Below, piece after piece: positions 55,625 to 64,000 of a DNA stretch of 64,000 bases. A program made the position numbers and the translations under genes. The DNA lies in the IMG/VR virus record IMGVR_UViG_3300013104_000001, positions 62,001 to 126,000 of that record. The stretch is one strand, 5' to 3'. How positions within the stretch are numbered: position 1 is the stretch's first letter; each line of letters opens with the position of its first letter. A model generated the notes under the pieces. The model was not told where the DNA came from. It worked only from the letters and a program-made list of their open reading frames with translations, and did not search any database.

Positions 55625-55682
55625 GCGCGTTTAATCAGTTAGGCGGGAGCGTTTAGCCCGCCTAACTTTATGGGTGCCTTAT

Positions 55683-56177
55683 ATGAGCTTAGCAGATTAT
55701 CTTTCATTACCGAATATACTCATGGGTGTGTTCATCGCTGTATGTACATGGTTGCTTGCTGTGAAATTAACGGATATGTCTAAACAACGCGCCATCAATC
55801 AAGTCGGGCATAAGCTCGTGATTGATATTGAGAACCTGTGTCGAGAACTCGCAAGTCCCTCTGACCATCGCCGCTATGTGAAGACTGATCTTCCAGCAGA
55901 AGCCGATATTGATAACTACCTGCGAAAACATATTGAAACCTACGTCAAGCTACGTGTAAGTAAATACATAACCGAAGCTTATTATAACGATTCAACCATC
56001 GGTATAATTCGATCGAAAGTCAAAGTGACTAAGATTGTTATTCCACAAATGGGCGATGCCATTCAGATTAGTTTTAAACTAGGATTCGGTTTCTTCTCCG
56101 ATTACATCACCTATTTTAAACCATCTCCGTTTGCGCACGCATCCTGGTTTTTCCAACAAGAAGTATTATCCAAGTAA
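55683..56177 (+). CDS. N-terminally anchored membrane protein
   Basis: N-terminal TM. Confidence 0.65.
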   Translation: MSLADYLSLPNILMGVFIAVCTWLLAVKLTDMSKQRAINQVGHKLVIDIENLCRELASPSDHRRYVKTDLPAEADIDNYLRKHIETYVKLRVSKYITEAYYNDSTIGIIRSKVKVTKIVIPQMGDAIQISFKLGFGFFSDYITYFKPSPFAHASWFFQQEVLSK

Positions 56178-56192
56178 AAGGAAATAAGTTCC

Positions 56193-57512
56193 ATGTCTAA
56201 GATCGCAGCCAAGAAACCAAAACTGAAAAAGCAACATCAGCAGGCTGTTGCACAGCAGATGCAACAGACCAACGCTGAATTGCAGTGGGCAGAACACAAT
56301 TTCAAAGCGATTGATAACTACTTTGTCAATCGTGTTAATAATGATGTGTATCGTCGCTATAAAGGAAGTGATAACTTCCCTAAACACTTTGGTGCACGTG
56401 TTGAGATCAATGAGCGTAATGGTCGCTACGACGTTCTGGAATTTGAAACACACAACGAAGGCGGTCCGCTGCTACCAGATGGTACACAAGCTGAAGGCAT
56501 CTATCGTCTGGGCTATGTCACTTTCGATCGTCTGAAACGTGTGCATGAAGATGCGCATCAGAATGGTCGTCAGACTGACATCGGTTGGGCCTATGTACCG
56601 CACGTACCATTTGACTTCAACGTCGAGCGTTCAATTGCCGCGCAGAAAGCTCAAGTGCAGCTGGAAGCGAAAGTCAGCGCGCACCTGAACAAAGCACTGG
56701 CGCTCTATAACGTGGTGCGTGACGAACTCAAAGCGGAATGGACCAGTGAGAACGCAGATGGTAAATACGTTGGTATCTGCTTCTTCTATAACCCAGAAAC
56801 CGCTAAGCTCGAATACGTAGTGCAAAAGCACGGCGTGACCGATCTGATTGATGGTAAGAACGCAGAGCGTGACTTCCGTGATCTGCCGGGTGATACCGCA
56901 ATTGCTGAACCATTGGCGATTGAAGGTGATGTTGACTTCATCAACTACAAGTCTTGCATCCAGCGTCTGGTTGCCGAATGCTCTGCATCTAAATGGGAGC
57001 GTATCAGTAAGCCAAACAAAGACTGCATGACCGATGCTGCAGCGCAGTTGGTTGATCGCATGATTGATAACGCCCATAAGGTGTTTGATATCGCTAAAGA
57101 GAAAGCAGCGGCTCAGGGTATCACTGCTGAACTGTCTATGCGCTTCAACGGCCTGCGTGGCCTGCTGGAAGTTGTCTACACCGATGAACACGGTAATCTG
57201 GCGCACATCGACCTGGGTGCAGATGCAGCTGCCGTACTGATGATCATGACTCGTATCGAACCAGACCTGGCTGTGTACACCACACCACGTTTCAACGATG
57301 CCTGTGTTCGTGAGTTCGGTGGTGGTGATCAGTTCGTGCGCACTGACGATGGTAAGATCATTGCCACTAATGTGCCGCGTCTGCCAGATGCAAGTTACGA
57401 ACGTGGTTGCATGCCATCACTGCAGATCGTCGATGAACTCGCTTACTTCGATGAGAATGAAGCGAAGGACGCAGAGCAGGCGGATGACGAGAACTACGCA
57501 CTGAAAGGTTAG
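56193..57512 (+). CDS. hypothetical protein
   Basis: AAGGA RBS, 439 aa, followed by hairpin. Confidence 0.8.
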   Translation: MSKIAAKKPKLKKQHQQAVAQQMQQTNAELQWAEHNFKAIDNYFVNRVNNDVYRRYKGSDNFPKHFGARVEINERNGRYDVLEFETHNEGGPLLPDGTQAEGIYRLGYVTFDRLKRVHEDAHQNGRQTDIGWAYVPHVPFDFNVERSIAAQKAQVQLEAKVSAHLNKALALYNVVRDELKAEWTSENADGKYVGICFFYNPETAKLEYVVQKHGVTDLIDGKNAERDFRDLPGDTAIAEPLAIEGDVDFINYKSCIQRLVAECSASKWERISKPNKDCMTDAAAQLVDRMIDNAHKVFDIAKEKAAAQGITAELSMRFNGLRGLLEVVYTDEHGNLAHIDLGADAAAVLMIMTRIEPDLAVYTTPRFNDACVREFGGGDQFVRTDDGKIIATNVPRLPDASYERGCMPSLQIVDELAYFDENEAKDAEQADDENYALKG

Positions 57513-57534
57513 TCCTGTTGTAAATTGTCGTAAA

Positions 57535-57561
57535 AGGAGGGGTTTCGGCCCCTCCTCTTTC
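57535..57561 (+). terminator. intrinsic terminator
   Basis: AGGAGGGGT-TTCG-GCCCCTCCT. Confidence 0.7.
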
Positions 57562-57594
57562 TAATTGGTTGTTTATTTTTTGTAAAAATTGTAA

Positions 57595-57628
57595 TGCAGA
57601 TTTTTTCAGACCTATATGACACAGGTGA
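57595..57628 (+). promoter_or_regulatory. putative phage-RNAP (early) promoter
   Basis: TGCAGATTTTTTCAGA-CCTATATGAC-acag-GTGA. Confidence 0.7.
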
Positions 57629-57684
57629 ATAGATCCACTAGTCTCAGTGGATTAAACTTTAAACTAAACCTGTGGGGTAATAAA

Positions 57685-58122
57685 ATGAAACTGTCTAAAC
57701 TGCGTTATGTACTTTCTAAAGACTTCATCAAGCTTTGTGCTGACAACATCGAAGCGATGGGTATGAAAACCGTCATCCGTATGGCTGAACGTCGCTTCAT
57801 CTTCTCTCATCCAAAAGCTGATGAAATCGAAATCAACGAATCTGATGTGCTGCGTGCACTGAGCATCGCTAAGAACAAAGATGCTCGTTATGACCGTATT
57901 GCTAACCTGTACTCTTGGTTAAGCAACAACCTGAATGGCGTTCGCGCTTCTACTAACCTCAGCCGTGAAGTTGTGAAAAGCCTTTGGGCCAGCTATCGTG
58001 GTTATGTTACTGCGAATGCTCTGGAAGAACTGTGGGTCGTGACCAAAGTCTACGATAGCAACACTGACGTCGAAGCTGAATTCGGTGAAGTTGTCGCTCT
58101 GATCACCAACAGTGAAGTATAA
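57685..58122 (+). CDS. hypothetical protein
   Basis: GGGG RBS, ATG 57685. Confidence 0.7.
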   Translation: MKLSKLRYVLSKDFIKLCADNIEAMGMKTVIRMAERRFIFSHPKADEIEINESDVLRALSIAKNKDARYDRIANLYSWLSNNLNGVRASTNLSREVVKSLWASYRGYVTANALEELWVVTKVYDSNTDVEAEFGEVVALITNSEV

Positions 58123-58132
58123 GGAGCACATT

Positions 58133-58615
58133 ATGTCTAACGGGGTAATGTGGATGATATTAGCAGGCTTTATAGCAATTGGCATGAAACTAGTCGGTAC
58201 AGCAATGTCATCACCGGCCTCGACTGTTGCAGATCTTAAACGCTGGGCTTCTATAAAGACACCAGATTTCATTGATGCGGCTTTCACCGGGGATGCCATG
58301 TTCAGTATCACTGAACGTACGGCTAGACGCCATCTTAACCAATTCGGTTCAAGTGGCATTGTACAAATGTATACAGAAGTATTTGCAGAACTAAAACAAT
58401 GTACGACCATGGATGAGTGGCTGGTATTAGGTAGCATTGAAGATACCAACAATGGAACTGTAAAGATCAACCTGACATTAATCAGAGAAGAAGTAACATT
58501 AGAACGTGAATACATTGTATCCTACTTGCACATCCTGCGAGTCACCGATACGTTCTCACCTGAAATGCTGCGTCGCTCTGTACGTGATGGACTGGTTATT
58601 AATGAAGCTGTATGA
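58133..58615 (+). CDS. N-terminally anchored membrane protein
   Basis: AAGGAG RBS, ATG 58133. Confidence 0.7.
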   Translation: MSNGVMWMILAGFIAIGMKLVGTAMSSPASTVADLKRWASIKTPDFIDAAFTGDAMFSITERTARRHLNQFGSSGIVQMYTEVFAELKQCTTMDEWLVLGSIEDTNNGTVKINLTLIREEVTLEREYIVSYLHILRVTDTFSPEMLRRSVRDGLVINEAV

Positions 58616-58634
58616 AAACTCCTCTACCTAATTC

Positions 58635-58664
58635 AGGCCAGGGTAATTCCTGGCCTTTATGCCG
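58635..58664 (+). terminator. 3'-end hairpin + TTATGCCG tag
   Basis: AGGCCAGG…CCTGGCCT then TTATGCCG. Confidence 0.75.
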
Positions 58665-58845
58665 GTTCATGGGGTAGGTACCTTTTATGCCACTACTAAT
58701 TAATCAAAATGTAAAAACAGTAGATTGGCTCGAATTAGGGCCAACTACCTAACCGACATAACTGCGCTGGGGATCCCAAGTGGTCCCCAGGCAATCCATT
58801 TAACAACATGTATTAACACCTTTATTTAAACCAGGACAACCAAAC

Positions 58846-59016
58846 ATGCTGCGAACTTTCGTACGCTTTATTAAATCAGCTACAGTGTTACCAGTCGATC
58901 AGACTGTAGCAAAACTTCAGCGGGAGGTTAAAGAACAACAAGAACTCATCGAACGTATTCGACGTCGTAATGAGGAACATGTCCGCGGTGAAAGACTGCG
59001 TGACTTTCGCGACTAA
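58846..59016 (+). CDS. 56-aa coiled-coil peptide (not in ORF track)
   Basis: AGGA RBS; MLRTFVRFIKSATVLPVDQTVAKLQREVKEQQELIERIRRRNEEHVRGERLRDFRD. Confidence 0.55.
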   Translation: MLRTFVRFIKSATVLPVDQTVAKLQREVKEQQELIERIRRRNEEHVRGERLRDFRD

Positions 59017-59031
59017 TTAGAAATTATTGAA

Positions 59032-59065
59032 TGCAGAAAATCTCACACCTATATGACCTAGGTGA
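59032..59065 (+). promoter_or_regulatory. putative phage-RNAP (early) promoter
   Basis: TGCAGAAAATCTCACA-CCTATATGAC-ctag-GTGA. Confidence 0.7.
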
Positions 59066-59128
59066 TATGCAGTAGTAAGCACATCAAGATCCAATCCAAT
59101 TTAACTATTCGTCTAGTGAGGTATTATC

Positions 59129-59725
59129 ATGTCAAACGTAAAATCAATCAATGGCAACATTCCAGCAAACCCGGTTATGGCTGAAGCTTTCCAGAAAGCA
59201 GCAGTGAAAGTATTACCGGGTATCGGTGGTGATACCTTGCAAGCCGAATCAATCAACATGACCGCTCGTAGTGAAACATCCACTCAGCATTATGCCAAAG
59301 TGATGGCAGAAATGACCAGCGACAAAGGAAGCAATATCATGCACGAAACTAACGGCGAAGATGCCGGCATGTTCACAGAAGTAAAAGAGATCGCCGAACC
59401 TGTCTTCACTGGCAAACACGGTACTCTCAAACGTCAGGCAATTGCAACCGCCGCATCCCTGGCCGGTACTGTAGCTGCCTATGCTGTCCTGACTGGTGAC
59501 ACCCGTCGTGTAAAAGCGGGTGCTGTTGGTAGCCTGTATGCCAGTGCTGCCATAATGAGCTATGGCGTTGCGAAGCGTGCAATCTTTAAACGCAAAGATC
59601 CGCTGGACAACAAGAAACTGACCTGGAAAGAAACTGCAGCCATCGTTGGTTGTAACCTGGCAGTCAGCGCTGGCCTGTGCAGCCTGAGCATCCTCCTCAA
59701 CAAGAAATTCTCTTCAGCCGAATAA
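59129..59725 (+). CDS. Ala-rich membrane protein, FxxVKxxxEP family
   Basis: MFTEVKEIAEP then three hydrophobic helices. Confidence 0.75.
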   Translation: MSNVKSINGNIPANPVMAEAFQKAAVKVLPGIGGDTLQAESINMTARSETSTQHYAKVMAEMTSDKGSNIMHETNGEDAGMFTEVKEIAEPVFTGKHGTLKRQAIATAASLAGTVAAYAVLTGDTRRVKAGAVGSLYASAAIMSYGVAKRAIFKRKDPLDNKKLTWKETAAIVGCNLAVSAGLCSLSILLNKKFSSAE

Positions 59726-59736
59726 GGTAACGCATC

Positions 59737-60117
59737 ATGGATCAGTTTGAAACTGTAAAAGAAGTACAGGAACCAATGGTCGATCGTGCAGTAGCCACTC
59801 GGGCTATCATGATGGGTTCAGCAATCCGTGCAGCCTCTGTGGCTGCCGGTGTTGCGGTCGGTGCAGCAGCTCTCAAGATCAAACCCAAAGCTGCGATCAA
59901 GGTAGCGCTTCTGCCGGCAGCAATCGAGCTGGCAGTTACCTATGCTTCAATCCGTGCAGCTGATGACGATCAACTGGAAGAGATCGCATTAGAGCGCGAC
60001 AACAAAAAGAACTTCAATGACGCTGCGAAGAACTTCGTGTTCGGCAGTGTCGCTCTCGTGGTGGGCGTATTGATCGCTCGCCAAATCTCAGTGCCGGAGA
60101 AACCGGCTGCAGAATAA
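59737..60117 (+). CDS. Ala-rich membrane protein, FxxVKxxxEP family
   Basis: QFETVKEVQEP then hydrophobic helices. Confidence 0.75.
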   Translation: MDQFETVKEVQEPMVDRAVATRAIMMGSAIRAASVAAGVAVGAAALKIKPKAAIKVALLPAAIELAVTYASIRAADDDQLEEIALERDNKKNFNDAAKNFVFGSVALVVGVLIARQISVPEKPAAE

Positions 60118-60130
60118 AAAGGTAATAGCC

Positions 60131-60319
60131 ATGTTTAACAACAAGAAATGTGTAGAAGAACCAACCTGTGAAGTTGAACTGCGCGTTGGTGTGCAAATCG
60201 TTGGCATGGCTATGGGCTGTGTTCTCGCTCAAAGTGAGAACACCTGGACCAAGGCCTGTGGCGTAGGTTTGACTACTGCGTCATTCCTGTCCCTGATTAA
60301 GAAACTGTCTAAGATCTAA
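60131..60319 (+). CDS. small membrane protein, FxxVKxxxEP family
   Basis: MFNNKKCVEEP then two hydrophobic segments. Confidence 0.65.
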   Translation: MFNNKKCVEEPTCEVELRVGVQIVGMAMGCVLAQSENTWTKACGVGLTTASFLSLIKKLSKI

Positions 60320-60387
60320 GCAATACCTGCATCACAAACAAACCAAACATACTTTAATTAACCTAACTGTAAATAAGCGAGATTACC

Positions 60388-60678
60388 ATGAAAACCGAAA
60401 CTATCACTTCAATCAACGAAACTGCTAAAACTGCTGGCGCAACTGTTGAGAACGCGGTAAAGAACGAAATGTTCGACGCTGTTAAAACTGTGGCTGAGCC
60501 AACCGTTGCAAAGAAAATCGTTAAACGCACTCTGATCGGTGCTGGCGTTCTGGCGCTGGTAGCCGGTGGCTTCTACGGCTACAAAGCCCTGAAGAAAACC
60601 AAATCGATCACTGTCGTCACTGACGAAACATCAAACGACCCAGCAGTCGATGTCGTGGTTGAAGAAACCGCAGCATAA
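60388..60678 (+). CDS. single-pass membrane protein, FxxVKxxxEP family
   Basis: MFDAVKTVAEP then TM LIGAGVLALVAGGFYG. Confidence 0.75.
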   Translation: MKTETITSINETAKTAGATVENAVKNEMFDAVKTVAEPTVAKKIVKRTLIGAGVLALVAGGFYGYKALKKTKSITVVTDETSNDPAVDVVVEETAA

Positions 60679-60686
60679 TTTTGTGA

Positions 60687-60731
60687 GGGCTAGGGAATCC
60701 TAGCCCCACTCTTTCCTCTTTCTTTTTTTTT
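60687..60731 (+). terminator. intrinsic terminator
   Basis: GGGCTAGG-GAAT-CCTAGCCC followed by pyrimidine/T tract. Confidence 0.7.
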
Positions 60732-60745
60732 GTTTCGAGGTGCGT

Positions 60746-61216
60746 ATGCACGTTATTACTACCGGTGCAATTTCTATCCTGCTGTTCATCACGTTTCTGG
60801 CTTTATCAGAATGGCGGTTACGTGCCAGCAAAAACTTAATCTTTCGCGAGATCACCAAGATTGCTTATTCAGTGTTACGCTACACGGAAATAAAAGAAGT
60901 CACACCAGAGATCTATCTCATCTGTGCTGAGCTACAATCACGCATGATCAAGATGGGTAACTTTGCAGTGACACCCCGTGATAAAGAAATTGCCATGACC
61001 ATTGCTAAGTACATTGCTGTGTTTGGTAATCAGCGTGTACGTGATCCCGTTGTGTTGTTAACGGTTATCGCCAGACGCTTAAATGAGTTTGATGGTATAT
61101 CAGCTAAGTCACTTACAACCACCAATGGACGCATGGAACTCGTTATAGGACACGACGATGCAACTGACTATGATCGTATCATCTTTCGCTTCAACTCTAC
61201 GCAGACTTTATTCTAG
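60746..61216 (+). CDS. N-terminally anchored membrane protein
   Basis: GAGGTG RBS; N-terminal TM. Confidence 0.7.
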   Translation: MHVITTGAISILLFITFLALSEWRLRASKNLIFREITKIAYSVLRYTEIKEVTPEIYLICAELQSRMIKMGNFAVTPRDKEIAMTIAKYIAVFGNQRVRDPVVLLTVIARRLNEFDGISAKSLTTTNGRMELVIGHDDATDYDRIIFRFNSTQTLF

Positions 61217-61217
61217 G

Positions 61218-61250
61218 CGGCATAAAGGGCAGGGTTTCCCCCGCCCTCTT
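61218..61250 (-). terminator. 3'-end hairpin + TTATGCCG tag (minus strand)
   Basis: minus strand reads AGGGCGGGG-GAAA-CCCTGCCCT-TTATGCCG right after the stop of 61251..61895. Confidence 0.75.
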
Positions 61251-61895
61251 TTATTTACTGGTCAGTCGCTTTTCGTAGTCAGCAATGATTGTGCGTAACT
61301 GTGCATTCTCAGCCGTCAATGACAGAACTTGTGCGTGTTCAGTCTGACGACGTTTAATCGCGTTTAGACGATTGATCTCATTCAGTCGATATTGTTCAGC
61401 AGTCACTGCATTAGTAGAAGGCGCGACAGCAATAGCAATTGTCGGCTCCACACCAATGAGGTCACTGATATCGGCTTTGATGACATCCTGCACTTGGGTC
61501 AGTTGCGACACGATAGAAGAAGGCAGCGCACCAAGCGACATGGACATCACGATGTACTCGTATTGAATTGCTGAGTCATCAGGGAACTGTGTGATGTACG
61601 TGCTTGGAATATATACCGGTGGAACACCTGTGCCTTGGAGTGTGATGATATTAGCGTTAGCCAATATATCGCTATCCATATTCGCCTGGCTTAATCCAAC
61701 CGGTGTATAGACACGTCCTAAGATATCTACATTTAATGCTTGCAGATCTTGGAACGTACGAATACCTTCTACTTCGTAAATAATACCTGGGTCAATTCTG
61801 GTGGTATCGCCTGATCCCGCAGTGGTCTGATAAGGCGGGTTAACCTTAAACAGACCTTTGGTATTAATCGGGGGCGTTAAAGAGGTAACCGCCAT
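61251..61895 (-). CDS. conserved phiKZ-like protein (putative virion protein)
   Basis: TPPINTKGLF…YIPSTYITQFPD…LGALP pattern; core-gene neighbourhood near RNase H. Confidence 0.6.
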   Translation of the reverse strand: MAVTSLTPPINTKGLFKVNPPYQTTAGSGDTTRIDPGIIYEVEGIRTFQDLQALNVDILGRVYTPVGLSQANMDSDILANANIITLQGTGVPPVYIPSTYITQFPDDSAIQYEYIVMSMSLGALPSSIVSQLTQVQDVIKADISDLIGVEPTIAIAVAPSTNAVTAEQYRLNEINRLNAIKRRQTEHAQVLSLTAENAQLRTIIADYEKRLTSK

Positions 61896-61905
61896 GTACT
61901 ACTCC

Positions 61906-63228
61906 TTATGCATACAGTGACTCAACATAAGGTTTCGCCACTACCAGGAACTTAATCCCGTTAACTGATTTCGCTGCACAGATCACATCGTCACGCACAA
62001 CACGTGAAACACCTTCCGGTAGTTCAGAGAACTCAGTCATGGTTTCTGCTGCTTTGAGCATTACCTGGATCTGGTAAATGAAATCCTGGGTGTCTGGTGA
62101 GATGCGGTCAAACTCAACGTCCTGTGAGCTGATTAATGCATAATCAGGATACAGTTCTTTAAGCTTGATCTGACCATTACGGTTGGTTGGTTTAGCAACA
62201 GCATACAGCGCCAGTGACTTAGTCAGCGACGGGAACACTTGCAGTGATGCTTTGATGTGGTCAGCCGGATACCACTTCATGACTTTGGTCGGCATGTCCA
62301 GCATCGTTTCAAAGTCGATTACCGGCGAGTTAATGCCAGTCTCGGTGGTTTTGTTAGGAATGCTATAGGACCGCCAGTCTGGTGCAATCACATATTCGAT
62401 TGGGTTAAACAGGTCAGGAATCACCAGTGCCCATTCTTCTTCTGTGAACTTTGAGTTAGCCAGAATATCAGCTTTCAGCAGTTCATAGATCGCATCATCG
62501 TTATTGCCGTTCTTACCATAACCAACAATGGGGAAGTAACCCAACTGCCAGCGCGACGTGTTTTCTTTATCGTAGATCTTAAACGAGATCTGTCGCACGA
62601 AGGTTGGCGGGTTAACACCCATAAGCTTGTTGATGTTGTTTGCTACGTCACCTTTAGTGACACCATCAATAGCTGCTTTTGCTGTTGCGTAGTCTTCATG
62701 CAACACGTCGATATTCGACAACGGGACAGGATAGTCCGCAAAGAGTTCATAGCGCGGATAACTAAGCTCAAATGACTCGTCACTCAGCCACACCTTGACA
62801 ATATTGTCAGTGGCGTCGGTTCCGATGCTACCAGAAATCCATTCAGGCGCCCAATTTTTACCATCAGTGATCATGTCACCAATAGTCAGGTTAAACCAAC
62901 TTGAACTGAAGTCGGCTTTGATCTGTTGCAGTGCAACGGTCTTGTCGTTGGTGAATCGACCATCTACAATACGTGGCAGCATCCAAGCTTGTAGCTTGAG
63001 AATTGCCAACTGGTAGGCGGTCATCTGAGAAGTGCTAATGGGTGCGTTGTTCTCATCTACCGCAGTGAAAGCTAAAAAAGCTGTGCCTGCCTGATCCGTG
63101 TTAGTGTACGTCCCAACTTCCCGTGAGAAAGAGATTGAGAGTTGCGATAATTCGCCAATGGGGTTTGTAACACCTTTCTGGTTGTTATTCAGTGACGGAT
63201 ACACCGAAAACCCTAGAATCGTTTTCAT
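61906..63228 (-). CDS. putative virion structural protein (phiKZ-like core gene)
   Basis: NN..GVTNPIGELS, PDLFNPIEY…PDW, LYPDY motifs recalled from phiKZ-like virion proteins. Confidence 0.6.
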   Translation of the reverse strand: MKTILGFSVYPSLNNNQKGVTNPIGELSQLSISFSREVGTYTNTDQAGTAFLAFTAVDENNAPISTSQMTAYQLAILKLQAWMLPRIVDGRFTNDKTVALQQIKADFSSSWFNLTIGDMITDGKNWAPEWISGSIGTDATDNIVKVWLSDESFELSYPRYELFADYPVPLSNIDVLHEDYATAKAAIDGVTKGDVANNINKLMGVNPPTFVRQISFKIYDKENTSRWQLGYFPIVGYGKNGNNDDAIYELLKADILANSKFTEEEWALVIPDLFNPIEYVIAPDWRSYSIPNKTTETGINSPVIDFETMLDMPTKVMKWYPADHIKASLQVFPSLTKSLALYAVAKPTNRNGQIKLKELYPDYALISSQDVEFDRISPDTQDFIYQIQVMLKAAETMTEFSELPEGVSRVVRDDVICAAKSVNGIKFLVVAKPYVESLYA

Positions 63229-63306
63229 AGCTCGCCCTTTACATGGGATGGGATTAAATACATAACATTTAACACAGCGATATGAGTGCCTGTAGGGAGA
63301 CCAGAC

Positions 63307-63717
63307 GTGTTATGGTTAAAGCTATTCTTTTGGAGTCTGCCCTTCATTAAGAAACGTTCTAAAACGTTTATGGCCGATGGCGCGACTCGTTACAATGCAT
63401 CGAAAAAAGCACGCGGTTGGTTTTACGCTATTGCGATTGCATTCTTTCTATTCCTTGGGGTTATTACGTGGGGTTATCGTCAGTACGATTTTCTGACAAA
63501 GCAAAACCGCCAGATGACTGTGGAGATATCTCAGCTCAAAGGCCGTATCGATGTTTACCCAACCCTATCTGACACAATTGAGCAAAACCGTCTCCTATTA
63601 TCGCAAAACCGTGATCTTGCTGACGAATTGATTAAAACTCGTCAAAGTAATCGTGAATTGTATTCCGACAACGTAAAACTGCAAGATCAGATCGATAAGT
63701 TGAAACTTAAGAGATAA
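63307..63717 (+). CDS. membrane-anchored coiled-coil protein
   Basis: GGGAG RBS, GTG start; TM followed by heptad coil. Confidence 0.65.
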   Translation: MLWLKLFFWSLPFIKKRSKTFMADGATRYNASKKARGWFYAIAIAFFLFLGVITWGYRQYDFLTKQNRQMTVEISQLKGRIDVYPTLSDTIEQNRLLLSQNRDLADELIKTRQSNRELYSDNVKLQDQIDKLKLKR

Positions 63718-63785
63718 CGCCCGTTTTGGTAATTTATTACGTGGTTGATCAATTATAAGAGAGATATTGTTTATTCGAGGGCGTT

Positions 63786-64000
63786 ATGGATAAGTTACCT
63801 ACTACTTCGCTGCCAAAGGTATCGATGGTTCTTTATACCGATGGTGGATGTCGTCAGAAGGTCGGCGGATGGGGTATTCACGGATACACCTGGTTGCTGG
63901 AAGATGATGACAAAAAGAAAAAGAAGAAGCCGGCACGTGACGTCCCGTCGACGACTGGCTATATCGTAAAGGATGACCCTAAGCTTGAGCAGCGTGAAGT
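63786..64000 (+). CDS. rnhA: ribonuclease HI (5' part, runs off the window; not in ORF track)
   Basis: GAGGG RBS; MDKLPTTSLPKVSMVLYTDGGCRQKVGGWGIHGY matches the RNase H motif YTDG.C…GGWG. Confidence 0.8.
   Translation, partial: MDKLPTTSLPKVSMVLYTDGGCRQKVGGWGIHGYTWLLEDDDKKKKKKPARDVPSTTGYIVKDDPKLEQRE

Noticed and set aside
681-61250. Hairpin+TTATGCCG copies as a CRISPR array, REP or MITE
   Set aside because: Dispersed, no regular spacers, stems not sequence-conserved, no cas or transposase genes.
1-64000. tRNA/rRNA genes, introns/inteins, reverse transcriptase, integrase
   Set aside because: No cloverleaf/T-loop signatures, splice motifs or such protein motifs noticed by eye; tRNAscan-SE and Infernal would be needed to exclude them formally.

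Overview
64 kb of a phiKZ-like (probably Chimalliviridae, nucleus-forming) jumbo phage genome. The host is most likely an enterobacterium such as Erwinia or Pantoea, judged from an AmsF/WceF-like glycan enzyme and enterobacterial-type NrdB, Tdk and YgiB homologues; taxonomy and host are inferences. Genes are densely packed and almost all on the + strand. Recognisable genes: thyA, nrdB (no nrdA in the window), tdk, a DHFR fusion, MazG-like and HD hydrolases, a DEDD exonuclease, KptA/Tpt1, HslU-like and HslV-like proteins, an SF2 helicase, the start of RNase HI, a YadA-type autotransporter, orphan HigA-like HTH proteins, a GNAT and several paralogue families. Two dispersed cis-element families are visible by eye: nine promoter-like YCTAYATKAC-N4-GTGA motifs, and about 20 3'-end hairpins followed by a fixed TTATGCCG tag (12 exact). 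Signals the ORF track misses: (1) a 47-aa gene (37596-37739) that looks like a free-standing ribonucleotide reductase alpha C-terminal redox tail (…DCEGCKI); (2) an early four-gene membrane-protein operon whose products share an F-x-x-V-K-x-x-x-E-P motif; (3) an ORF-less 14/15-nt complement of the 16S rRNA 3' end; (4) an RNA polymerase beta'-like segment grafted into an accessory protein; (5) several tiny membrane peptides. No tRNA, rRNA, CRISPR array or transposase was seen. All family calls come from visual motif recognition, not database searches.
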